A DNA stretch of 64,000 nt from Eledone cirrhosa (lineage: Eukaryota). Shown in pieces: positions 26,006 to 47,010 of this stretch. The notes beneath the pieces were generated by a model. That model had not been told where the DNA came from. It was given only the letters and a program-made list of their open reading frames with translations, and searched no databases. The first letter of the stretch is position 1. Each line of letters begins with the position of its first letter. Location of the stretch: the NCBI GenBank assembly GCA_964016885.1, contig OZ024746.1:85560001-85624000 (forward strand). Direction: 5' to 3'. Made by a program: the position numbers and the translations under genes.

Positions 26006-28282
26006 GGCACAACAACCATATCTTTATTGATACCTGAGAAACTACCATGCTGCTATTACTGAAGATCTCACACTAAACATACACCATATGAGATAATAAG
26101 AATGCTTCTACATAGTTGCTCAGCCTGTTAGAAATAGTAACCAAAAATTCTTAAATCACATACTACTGTCTTGCAAACAATAAAAATGAACACACTGAAT
26201 ATATATAAATATATGTAGAACAATGTCCCATTGTACATAGTACCTGGGGAAAAGTGTGTGTGATCATGGCTGGAATGCTCTTGATCAGGTCTAACTAGAG
26301 CTAAACAGCAACAATATAGAGTTTGTGATGCAAGGCCTTTCATTTATCAGTTTTTTGACTGGAAATTACAATGCTTTCTCTGCATCTCCCAATAATTACT
26401 ATAACTCCTCCAGTGATGGTAAGCCCAGTTCACCTATCTATAAATATATAATTGTTTCTACTTTTGGCACAAGGCCAGCAATTACTCAGTACATTACTGG
26501 TACTTTATTTTATCGACTCTGTAAGGATGAAAGGCAAAGTTAACCTCGGCGAGATTTGAACTCAGTCCGTAAAGGGACATAACTGTGCTGGAAAGCATAC
26601 CGTCCGACCCTCTACCGATACTGCCAATCCACCATATAATGCAGAGTAGAATTAGCACATCACTGTAAACAGTGACAGCACTACAAGATTGATGTGGGTT
26701 TTGGGAAGTTGTAGCAGTGAGTTAAACTTCCCTCTGTGGATGTAACTTGGGTGGAGAGAGTGAGAAAGAGAGAGTCTGCTTTTTTTTTTTTTAATTAGGA
26801 GAGTAGTGCCCATGAGATTTGTCAGGTTTCTAATGTTTGTGGGAGCTAGGTAAGAAGGAAGGTGTTCTCAAATTGGAGACCTGGGCCTGGATGCTTACAA
26901 CAGAGAAAATTTTACTATACTAAAAGCACCTAAAGATGGTGTTAAACTGAAAGAGGATTTTATCCAAGTAGGCTGCAGTGAAATTTTAATTTAGAATGTA
27001 ATGAGCCACAACAAATATGAGGCATCTTTTCTGACACTAACAATTCTGCAACTCCACTTCCCTAGACTATAACTTTATTCATTCACCCCAGAAGATTGAA
27101 AAGCAAACTTGACCTTGGTCTCAAAATGCAAGAAACTTGTAATACCACAGAACATTTCATTCAATGTTTTAACGCTTCTGCTAATTTTTTAAGTTGATAT
27201 GCCCTTGACACACTATAGAGTAATGAACTTTTACAGTGATATCTCCTCATACTCACTAGGTTATTGGACTCAGTGTGTGTATGAAGGTTTGTGAATTAAT
27301 GGTTAGGGCGTTGGGCTCATAAGCATAAGGTCGTGAGTTTGATTCCCAGACTGGGTGAAGCATTGGTCTTCAACAGAATACCTTACTCCGGCTTGTGGCT
27401 CAGAGAGGGACTGTTCAAGTATAAACTCGTAGTCAGTAATAACTGAATTGGGCCAAAGATAAGTAGTGTATACCAGTCAAGGGGTTTGCTTCATAATCAT
27501 GAGGCTCTGGATTCAATGTTGTATGTTGTTTGGAGAAAACTTTCATGACACATCAGAGCAGGTCTTTTTTCAGAGAAAGTGAAATGGTTTTGTTATCTCA
27601 TTAGTACATGAATGTATGGAAATAGCAAAGAATTAGTTTTTGTGAGCACTGAGTGGAGGGTTAAGGAGAGAGAGAAAGGAAGAGAAATGAGAAGAGAATG
27701 AGGATTTAGATGGAGAGAGAGAGAAGAGAAATTAGAAGAGAGTGAGGACTGAAGGGGAGAAAGAGAGAGAGAGACAAATAAGAACAAGCAAGAAAGGGAG
27801 GATTACTTATCAGTGTAAGGTAGAGAGAGTGAGGGAGTGAAAGGTCAGTTGGTTTATAAACAACTTCAGTCTATAACAATATACACTTTCATGTTTGTAC
27901 ATACATAAGTGTAGGAATAGTTGAAATTAAATCACTAACTCGCACACACACATACTCACACACACATACAGCTACACAATTCCACAGCAAACAATAATAA
28001 TAATATATATATATATGTATATATATACATATATGCATACACGTACGCACACACACACACACACATCATCATCATTTAACATATATATATATAGTTATGA
28101 CACATTCATGCAGTCTTGTGTATATGTTCAATAATGTATTCACATATACACATATTTACACATATGAAGCAGCTGAAAAATGTACACTTGTGCACACACA
28201 ACTGCATGTTCTTGATAACACCCATATATCTACATACATCACAGCATAAGTACACTAACACTTTCATGTGTATATATGTATA

Positions 28283-28335
<53 letters not shown>

Positions 28336-28599
28336 AGTCCGAAACAAATGAGGTCGTGTAGGTGTCACGACAAAAAAACACACAGTCCACACTGTAATGT
28401 GGCCGTGTAGGTAACGGTAAAAACCTCCCAGTCCACACTGTAAACGTGGTTGGTGTTAGGAAGGGCATCCAGCCGTAGAAAACCCGCCAGACAGTCCTAT
28501 ACGAGCAGGACAACGAATCTTGCCTCAAGTGGGAAACCTCCTGTCCAAACCCATGCAAGCATGGAAGATGGATGTTAAACGATGATGATGATGATGATG

Positions 28600-28706
28600 C
28601 GCATGTGGTTAGAGAATTGGATTCACAATTGTGAGGTTGTGATTTCGATTCCCAGACCGGGCGATGCATTATGTCCTTGAGCAAGACACTTTATTTCACG
28701 TTGCTC
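28600..28706 (+). mobile_element. Second tRNA-derived SINE family (head fragment)
   Basis: tggttagag..ttggattcacaattgtgaggttgtgatttcgattcccagaccggg..tgtccttgagcaagacactttatttcac. Relatives at ~4630-4810, ~27300-27380, ~18950-19140 (-) and ~22860-23040 (-). Confidence 0.65.
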
Positions 28707-28833
28707 CTTCTGCCTGGACTTGTGACTGACACATTGTATTAGCAATTGAAAAGACCAATGGAAACATTGTTTCCTTTGTCTGATTTGACAAGCTTCACCC
28801 CACTTGTTAAGTGGATGAGGCCTGGGATCTTGT

Positions 28834-28953
<120 letters not shown>

Positions 28954-29489
28954 TTCAATGCTTGTAACAAGTACAGAAGGCATTAAACCAGATGATGATA
29001 TATATATATAATTAAATCAAATCAACAATTGGTGCATGGCAGTTACTAGTATAATATGTATTTGCCAGGAAAAATGGACACAGATCACAAACAAACACAA
29101 GCAGCTATTTCTCTCTTCATCCACAATTTTGTACATTATGTTAGGATTGTATTGTTTTAGGCAGACCAAACAGTGCCTTTAAAAAAGCTTTAGGCACTAG
29201 AAAGTTACATCAGTCAACACAAAGCAACCAAAGTGAAAATAAACAGTACAGGTGAATACAGTATTTCTACCCAAACAACATTAAAGACATGGCAAATGAA
29301 ACTTGTGAAAAGACAAGAGTATATGCACGAAAGGAAAGAAATATAAGGACCGAAAAGAATACATGAAATAGGCAAAGAACAGCTGAATGGCAGTTATCTG
29401 GTGAGAGGCTAGTGAAAGAAAGACAAGACAAGACAAGATAAGAAAGGGTTGGAATCAAGGATTGTAGCAGAGTTGTTCTGTAAGATGGG

Positions 29490-29530
<41 letters not shown>

Positions 29531-29689
29531 GCAGAACATCAAGAGGTTATAACCATAGTAAGTAGAGCACTCAGTCCATGGGATGAGTTCAGTATAAAGT
29601 TAGTTCCGCAAAAAAACTAATGTTTGCTGGTTTGTTGTGGAACTAACTAACTATGTATATATATAACCCTGAGCACCTTATTGATTTCC

Positions 29690-29990
29690 ATGTGTCTAAC
29701 ACATGCCTACAAAATCAGAAAACAACACACCTCCCATGACTTTTGGAAACAGTTTTTCATGCTCAGAGTTGCTGAAGCATGGAACAAACTACCTGCATCC
29801 GTTGTTAGCTGTCAAAACACTGCATCCTTTAAAACCTCCATGCATCCTGAGATTCGCCAACACAACACCTGATGTTCCCCCTCCATACATACGCACACAT
29901 GAATTGTACATTATTATATGTACTATACATGCACCTTTGATGAGTTGTAGTGCACTTGAGCACTGTACACAATAATTTTATTATTATTAT
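29690..29990 (+). mobile_element. CR1-like LINE 3' end
   Basis: HAYKIRKQHTSHDFWKQFFMLRVAEAWNKLPASVV...FK is a CR1 C-terminal motif. Its 3' tail is shared with ~9890-9975. Confidence 0.75.
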
Positions 29991-30654
29991 ATATATATTG
30001 ATAATTGTTTCTACTTTTGGCACAAGGCCAGCAATTATCCCAGTGTATTACTGGTACTTTATTTTATCGACCCCGTAAAGATGAAAGGTATAGTTAACCT
30101 CAACAGGATTTGAATTCAGACCATAAAGGGCCGTAACTCTTTGCTTCAAAACATGGCGTCCGACCCTTTACTGATACTGCCAATCCACCACCCTATTATA
30201 TATAATAATAATAATAATAATAATGTACATAGCAGCACAAGGAGGATGGCTAACCAACTATCTCTCTCCACTCTAAACCCAAAGAAGCAGAGAGATGGAA
30301 CAACTCTCAGGTCTTCACTTGTTAGTATACACCTGACTTTGACCAACCCATGCTAACATGGAAGCCTAGGACAAATCTTGACTGATTCACCTTACACTTC
30401 CAACACTCTCCGATGCACCCACTCCCTTGTTCCAAGTAGTGTATAAATGTCCCTTTCAGACCATCAAGGGAAGCTGGGCAAACTCCACAATATGTTAGAC
30501 ACCATCCATTTGCTTCAAGGCCACTTTCCAGCAGGACCAAGTAAACTGAGCACCCTAGTGCTGTAATGAAGTAATGCTGGTGGTGCTATGACGAAAGCAC
30601 CCAGTCCACCTTGTAAGGTGGTAATGCTGGTGCCATGACAAAAATGTTTCATCT

Positions 30655-30880
30655 TCATCATCATACGTCTGCTTTTCCCTGCTTGCAAGGGTGGGACAGA
30701 TTCTCTTCAGCACAGCATCTCTCCATTCGTCATGGTCCCTCATCATCTCCTCTGTGAGCTTCAGCATTCTGAGATCAGCTTTCACCACCTCCACCCATGT
30801 TTTTCGTGGTCATCCTCTACTGCGTCTTCCTTCCACCGGGATTTCTTGGTACTTCTTCACCCAGCGGTCATCTTCCATAC
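30655..30880 (-). mobile_element. RTE LINE 3' end (distal part of an older copy split by the 30899-34082 insertion)
   Basis: Minus strand MEDDRWVKKYQEIPVEGRRSRG...VVKADLRMLKLTEEM followed by a (GAT)-like tail. Confidence 0.85.
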
Positions 30881-30898
30881 ATATATATACATACATAT

Positions 30899-33800
30899 CG
30901 GGTGGATAGGGCCCCTGAGTCCAGTAAGACAACCTCTCTAGAGCTGGTGGCACGAATAAAAGCACCCAGTCCATGCTGTAAAGTGGTGCTGGTGTTAGGA
31001 AGGGCATCCAACCAGTATATACACTACTGCCAAAATCTATGAGCGCAACAAATGAAATTTGCAACAACTGCGTAAACAGCAATAACACTAACCAGGTAAG
31101 GGCTGCGCACGGTAGTGGGGTGGCTGGTGCGGCCATGTACGAGAACCCCCCCCCAACCGTCATCAAGTAATCGCACAAAAACAACTGCGTAAACAGCAAT
31201 AACACATGTGGATGTGTGCTGCATGCAAGAGGTGAGATGGAGAGGTGCCTCTGCAAGACTAATCGCAGGCAAACATTGTAGTTATAAGCTTTTCTGGGTG
31301 GGTAATGATGATGGGTTAGGTGGGGTGGGCATATTACTGGCTGAGAGATGGATCAATAAGACAATAGAGGTAGTTAGAGTTAGTAATAGAATAATTAAGC
31401 TTAGATTAGTTGTAAGCAAGAGACTACTGACAATTATCTCTGCCTATGCTCCCCAGGCAGGCCTAGGTAAAGAAGAGAAAGACTGCGTTTACGAGCAACT
31501 TTTACAAACAGCCTCAATGACAGAGGAGAGAGACATCATTATGCTAGCACGGGACTTCAATGGACATGTTGGACAGCTTCAGGATGGATACACTGGGGTA
31601 CATGGTAGGCACGGTTACGGCTCAAGAAATGAAGGAGTGAGGCTTCTTGTATTTTGTGATTTAAATGTACTAAACATTTGCAACACTAACTTCCAGAAGC
31701 CTATCAACCATCTAATAACCTACAAATCAGGTGAGCACATACGCCAGATTGACTTCCTGCTAGTTAGACAGCGGGGAAGAATGTACCCCACAGCATAGGT
31801 TAGTCGTTAGTGGCATCTCAGTAAACAAGAAAAAGAATGAGACATACAGGAAGGTGTGGAAAAGAAAGGTCTGGAAGCTAAAAGACCTTTCATTAAAATA
31901 TAAATTTAGCAAAGCCCTTCAAGATGTGTATGACGAAAAATAAGATGATTTAGAGTTGTATGACATAGATGATAACTGGAATTTCTTGCGTGACAACTTA
32001 TTGCAGGCTACTGAAGAAACTTGTGGTTGAGGCAGAGCTTCAACCAGACAGAGATTGACTTGGTGGTAGAACAGCACGGTAGATAGGCCCATTAGAGACA
32101 AAAGACTGGCATGGAAGGCTTGGAAAAATGGTGGGAGTAGAGAAGGATACACAGCTGCTAAGAGAGAAGGTAGATGTCAGGTGTACTTAGCATGCAGGGA
32201 GGCTGAGAGTAGGAGGTTTGCCAATGTTCTGCAACGGGAAGATCAGAGACGTGCGGTGTTCCGCATTGCAAGGCAATGTGTCAATGCAAATCAGGATGTT
32301 GGAGATAAGTGTGTCCGGAATGATGCCGGTGTACTTAGTGTCATGAATGATCAAAAAAAGGAGGCCTGGAAATGTCATTATGAGAGACTGATGAATGTGG
32401 AGAATGAATGGGAGAGAGAGAAATTACCCCCAGTAGACCCGACAGAGGGACCAGCTATTGAGATTGACGAATATAGGGTACAAGAGGCAATTAAGGAAAT
32501 GAAGAATGGTAAGGCTGCTGGACCGTCGGGGATAGTTGCTGAGATGCTGAAGGCATCAGGAGCAGTTGGCACTAAACTGGTTGCACGCATCATCAATCAA
32601 GCTATTTATGGTGGTGTCATACCTAAAGACTGGTGCAGCAGTATTCTCATAAATTGCTACAAAGGTAAAGGGGATGCTCTAGATAGGTGCAATTATAGGG
32701 GCATAAAGCTGATGGATCAGGTTATGAAAGTGGCAGAGAGAATATTAGTGCAACTGATGAGATGCAGTTTGGTTTTGTGCCTCAGAAAAGTACAACAGAT
32801 GCCCTCTTCTTAGTGAGGCAACTACAAGAGAAGTTCTTAGAGAAGAATAAGCCACTATACTTAGCTTTTGTTGACCTAGAGAAGGCCTTTGATAGGGTAC
32901 CCCGATCTGTCATCTGGTGGTCTCTAAGGAAACTAGGTGTAGAGGAATGGCTTGTGAGGACAGTGCAAGCTATGTACAGAGGTTCTGTCAGTAAAGTGAG
33001 AATAGAGTTTAGTGAGGAATTCCAGATACAAGTAGGTGTACATCAGGGTTCCGTCCTCAGCCCGCTCTTGTTCATTATAGTCCTCCAAGCCATAACAGAG
33101 GAGTTTAAGACTGGATGCCCATGGGAACTTCTCTATGCTGATGATCTGGTTCTTATAGCTGAATCAGTAGAGGAGCTAGAGAATAAATTCTGGCTATGGA
33201 AACAGCAGTTGGAATCAAGAGGACTGAGAGTGAACCTAGCTAAAACAAAAGTGTTGATAAGTAGAAGAGAGGACAATACTCTGATTCCATCATGGAAATG
33301 GCCATGTTCGATTTGTAGGAAAGGAACTGGCATAAATTCTATAAAATATACGCAATGTAGATCTTGGGTACACAAGAGATAGCAGGCAAACTAATAGGTA
33401 GGGAAAACTATGTATGCAGTAGATGTACAGGGAAAGTTGGCAGTAGTAATCGCAGTGATAGACACATTCTTCCAATGCAGGTTCTATAGAAGGGGTTGAT
33501 AGCTTCCGGTACCTAGGTGATCAGATTAGCATGGGAGGGGGGTGTTCCGAGGCCATAGTATCTATAATAAGGACCGGTTGGAAGAAGTTTAGGGAGCTGA
33601 TTCCCCTGTTGACAAAGAAGGGTTTTTCCCTGTGTACGAAAGGACGGTTATATGATGCCTGTGTGAGATGCGCGATGCTGCATGGTAGTGAGACATGGGC
33701 AGCAACTGCAGAAGATATGCGACGCCTGGAGAGAAATGAAGCAAGTATGCTCCGTTGGATGTGCGTGAACGACCATGCATAGACGAGTTGAGAAAAAAAC

Positions 33801-34082
33801 TGGGTATAAGAGGGATAAGTTGTGGTGTGCAGGAGAGAAGGCTGAGATGGTATGTAGGATGACCGCTGGGTAAAGAAGTGACAAGAAATCCCAGTAGAAG
33901 GAAGACGCAGTCGAGGTAGACCACGCAAAACATGGGCAGAGGTGGTGAGAGCAGACCTCAGATCACTGAAAATCACTGAGGAGATGACAAAGGACCGTGA
34001 CAAGTAGAGAGATGCTGTGCTGAATAGGGTCCGTCCAACCCTTGCAAGCAGGAAAAAACCGACGTAAAATGATGATGATGAT
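30899..34082 (+). mobile_element. Near-full-length decayed RTE-clade LINE (APE plus reverse transcriptase) with multiple stops and frameshifts
   Basis: APE motifs DVCCMQEVRWRG, SAYAPQ, DFNGHVG and QIDFLLV. RT motifs QFGF, AFVDLEKAFDRV, GVHQGSVLSPLLF and LLYADDL. GRPRKTW near the C-terminus and a (GAT)n tail at ~34070. The 5' boundary is approximate. Confidence 0.93.
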
Positions 34083-34122
34083 ATACATATACAATATAGA
34101 GAGGAAAAACACAGGAGAGTGT

Positions 34123-34530
34123 GTATCACATGGCCATAGTCTGCTCTCCTGCACACTACAGTTTATCCCTCTTATATACAGTTTCATCCTCAACTCGTCT
34201 ATGCTTGGTCTTCATGCACATTGACATTGCACATCCATCAGAGCATGCTTGCTTCATTTCTATCCAGCTGTCACATATCCTTTGCTGCCCATGTCTCACT
34301 ACCATGCAGCACCGTGCATCTCACACAGGCATTATATAACTGATCTTTCGTTAATAGGGAGAAACCCTTCGTTGTTAACAGAGAGAGCAGCTTCCTAAAC
34401 TTCTTCCATCCTGTCCTTATTCTAGATACTATGGCTTTGGAGCATCCCCCTCCCTTGCTAATCTGATCACCTAGGTATCAGAAGCTATCAACCACCTCTA
34501 TAGATCCTATCTGCATTTGAAAAATGTGCC
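34123..34530 (-). mobile_element. RTE LINE fragment (proximal part of the split older copy)
   Basis: Reverse-complement homology to ~33480-33860 (YLGDQIS, LHGSETW, GINCSVQE). Confidence 0.85.
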
Positions 34531-34552
34531 TATCGCTGATACTTATATATAT

Positions 34553-34943
34553 ATATTGTTAAACTTTGGGAGGGTCATGCTGCCAATAAAAACACACGCA
34601 CAGGTTGGTTGGGTCATGCTGCCAATAAAAACACATGCACAGGTTGGTTGGTTGGTTGGTTCGATGACCGGATGGTTGTTTATATATTGTCAAAGCTCTT
34701 ACATCACACATTCTGTGACCTCCTTTGTTCTGTCCTACGCCATAGGTGTAGGACAGAACAAAGGAGAGACAAAATAAAAACGCAGTCACTGAGGAGGTCA
34801 AAATGTGTGACAAAAGAGCTTTAACAATATATAAACAACCACCCGGTTATCAAACCAACCAGAAATTTATAATAAATTGAAGTGAAAACCAACAAGTGCG
34901 TGTGTTTTTATTGGCAGCATGACCCTCCCAAGTATAACAATAT
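34553..34943. mobile_element. Imperfect palindromic Penelope-like terminal element with a degenerate hammerhead (34785-34825)
   Basis: Ends atattgtt..gggagggtcatgctgccaataaaaacacacgcac and gtgcgtgtgtttttattggcagcatgaccctccc..aacaatat are reverse complements. It has a central 19-bp-stem hairpin and an internal 39-bp tandem duplication. Confidence 0.55.
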
Positions 34944-35004
34944 CTGTTTCAACACACGTTTTCAGATAAGAAATCTTGCAAAACAAATTGAAAAACGAAG
35001 TGTG

Positions 35005-35044
<40 letters not shown>

Positions 35045-35046
<2 letters not shown>

Positions 35047-35398
35047 AATGTATGTATAGTATATTTGGCAATATACCATATGTTTAATTAAAAACATTTA
35101 GAAGACCATATGCTATGAGTTTTAAAATAGTGACTGTCACTTCTTTTCGGCAAAAGAAGGGAGAGAAGCTAACAGTCTGTTTCACACTGGTTGGCGTTCA
35201 TCAGAGCCACGCACCCCTGCTTCCGCCGAAAATTATAGAAGCTGAATTCTTATAGAATTCAGTAATAATCAGGAGCTGATTATACAGAGCGATTACCGGT
35301 CCAGCAAAAATTAGGTATTAGGATTGGTGCTCTGAAATAGTGATGTATACATGAATGTATGTATAGTATATTTGGCAATATACGGTATGTTTAATTAA
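35045..35398 (-). mobile_element. Retrozyme-like or Penelope pLTR-like partial tandem unit (307-bp period) containing the hammerhead
   Basis: A ~47-bp direct repeat tgaatgtatgtatagtatatttggcaatatac..tatgtttaattaa starts at 35045 and at 35352. (TA)n lies on both sides. Confidence 0.6.
35167..35208 (-). ncRNA. Type I hammerhead ribozyme motif
   Basis: Minus strand reads GGCT CTGATGA ACGC-CAACCA-GTGT GAA ACAG-A-CTGT T AGCT. All core nucleotides are intact, three stems can form, and the cleavage triplet is GUU. Confidence 0.8.
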
Positions 35399-35487
35399 TA
35401 TATATATATATATGTGTGTTTGTGTGTACATTTATATATAAACGAATAATTATATATTTCTCCTTTTCTGTATCTTTTATTGTACAG

Positions 35488-35720
35488 ATGTTCCAAAACT
35501 TCCTCCGCTCCCTGGTGCTGATACTCCTCATGGTGAGGAAGAGGAAGAGGAGGAAGAAGATGAAAACTCGGAATCCAAGTCGCCATCAAAATCCCGCCGT
35601 CCTTCAGGTCCCAAGGTCCAAGACCCTTATGCCGCTGATGATACGAGCACAATGTTGCTTCCTGTATTCGTGGCAATTGGGGCCTTTATACCACTCCTTT
35701 TCTGTCTATGTAGGCTATGA
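35488..35720 (+). CDS. MLEC: Malectin, last coding exon: (D)VPKLPPLPGADTPHGEEEEEEEDENSESKSPSKSRRPSGPKVQDPYAADDTSTMLLPVFVAIGAFIPLLFCLCRL*
   Basis: Acceptor tattgtacag|; phase is compatible with the previous exon (G+AT). Acidic stretch, C-terminal transmembrane helix and FCLCRL* end as in malectin. TGA at 35718-35720. Confidence 0.95.
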
Positions 35721-35947
35721 CGCTAGACGTAAAGGGTTCATTTCAGAGCCAAAAACATCGTTCATTCTAGTATGTGGAGTGGGCAGGGGTTGGGATGTAT
35801 AGCGAGTGGTGGGGGTTCTTTATTTGGGGGCTGGTTTACTAGCATCATCATACTTTCTCATCTTATATATTAAAATAAGAACACATACATACACACACAC
35901 ACAAACACATTTATATATATGTGTTTGTGTGTGTGTGTATGTATTTA

Positions 35948-35989
<42 letters not shown>

Positions 35990-36079
35990 TACCTTATATA
36001 TATATATATATACACACACACATAAATTCATGTCTGCACATATATAGAAGCACATACATATATATGATTATAAATAAGG

Positions 36080-36112
<33 letters not shown>

Positions 36113-36344
36113 CATCATACACACACACACACACATATAGATATATATTTATAAAGGAAAGGAGCTGATAATCACATTGGATGAAGAAAACGTTTGTATT
36201 GGTCATTCCGTTGTGGATATTATCTGGCAGAAGGAGCAATATGGAATATATTGTGCTCAAGAACATAACACTTCAGCTGGGTCACGAATCAAACCCACAA
36301 CCTTATGATTATGACTCTAACACCCTAACCACTAAGCCATGTTA

Positions 36345-45460
<9,116 letters not shown>

Positions 45461-46043
45461 CCTTTATCGTATGAAAGGAAGAAAATGGAGTGCATGGCTG
45501 AGAATGATGAACAGAACAATTAACAATATTATAAATAAAAGTTATTTCTGCACTCGAATGAGTTGAAAAGAAATAAAAAAATTAAGAAAACAAATATTTG
45601 TCTTGTTTCTGTTTTTCTTTTGATTGATATTTATTTGTTGTTTACTGGAAGGAATTAGAATAAATTTACCAAGGAGAGTGTGGTAATAGTGAATATAATT
45701 TTAGACAGTGTGTGTTTGTGAGGGAGTGAAAGATATTGAGGGAGAAAATCAGGGAATTACAGAATAAAATGACTAGTCTGTACATGAATTACAATTTTGA
45801 GTTTTTATTAGAGCTTTATCTTGCAGTATTTAGTTCCGGTTCTTCACATCCTGATTTCAAATCCCCATTGAGGTCAACTTTGCCTCTCTTCTTGATAAAA
45901 TATTTAATTGACTTTGCCCATCCCTTCAAATTGTTGGCCTTGTGACAAAATCAGTAACTACTATAATTATTATTCATATTAGGGTGGTGGATTGGCAGTA
46001 CAGTTACGACCCTTTACAGTCTGAGTTCAAATCTCACCAAGAT

Positions 46044-46247
46044 GGCGGTGGATTGGCAGTTTCGGTAGATGGTCGGACGCCATGCTTTGACGCATAGAGT
46101 TACGGCCCTTGCCACTCTGAGTTCAAATCCCGCCGAGGTTAACTTTGCCTTTCATCCTTACGGGGTCGATAAAATAAAGTACCAGTAATGCACTGGGTAA
46201 TTGCTGGCCTTGTGCCAAAAGTAGAAACAATTATTATTATTATTATT
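46044..46247 (+). mobile_element. tRNA-derived SINE with (ATT)n tail
   Basis: A-box-like TGGCAGTTTCGG, B-box GAGTTCAAATCC, central gcctttcatcctt..gggtcgataaaat. Copies at ~26450-26633 (-), ~30003-30190 (-), ~58813-59062 (+), and tandem partial copies across 45810-46446. Confidence 0.8.
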
Positions 46248-46759
46248 GGCAGCATCGGATAACATGCTTTGTGGCATATAGCTATGTCCCTTTACATTCT
46301 GATTTTAAATCCCACCAAGATTAGTTTTGCCTTTCATCCTTACGGAATCAATAAAATGAAATAACACACTTGGGTTGATTTAATTGACATTCCTCTTCCC
46401 TTCGAGTTGCTGGCCTTATGCCAAAAACAGAAACCATTATTATTATTCCATCCTTGCCATACACCCATAACATCATACTTACCATCCTTCTTAACTCTGC
46501 CCTGAATCATGAATGGGATAGAAATGGTTCTTCAGTTGTGTCTATGACTGACAACCTCTCTTGTGCTGGTGCCACAAAAATTGCACGCTGTGCAATCTAT
46601 GAAATGTTTGGTGATAGGAAGTGCATCCAGTTGCAGAATCCATGCCAAAAATGGGTTGACATGACACTTCAGTTGTCTCTTGTATTGGTGACAATAAACA
46701 TACACAGTTCCTTCTGTAAAGTGGATGGTGATAGGAAAGACATCCAACATTAATCAGTA

Positions 46760-47010
46760 TACGGTGAGGATGAAGAACTCTGAGCTGTACGGGAGCCTCC
46801 CAAAAGTCAGCTTGAAAGTAACACAGAAGAGACTGAGATTAACTGGACATGCTCACTGACATTCGGAGTTGATACTGCACTCAGTGCTCCTGTGGGAGCC
46901 CCTACACGGACACACTAGAAGAGGGAGACCGAGATTGACATATGTTGATACCCTTAGGACAGACACAGGTCTCTTGGAGACGCAGGACATGGCAGCGATA
47001 ATGGGGAGCG
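46760..47010 (+). mobile_element. Non-LTR retrotransposon C-terminal fragment (RTE/RTE-X-like)
   Basis: RRLRLTGHAH...LLWEPLHGHTRRGRPRLTYVDTLRTDTG. Confidence 0.65.

Noticed and set aside
34941-34970. Minus-strand CTGAAAA-CGTGTGTT-GAAACAGA hammerhead-like word
   Set aside because: The core G8 is missing, stem II does not pair in register, and the 3' part is cut off by the adjacent palindromic element.
35395-35802. ORF-track entries 35416-35802 (+) and 35395-35676 (-)
   Set aside because: Wrong frame or strand; the real exon is malectin 35488-35720 in another frame.
46044-46140. tRNA gene
   Set aside because: It has A/B boxes but no cloverleaf and continues into a multi-copy SINE body and tail.
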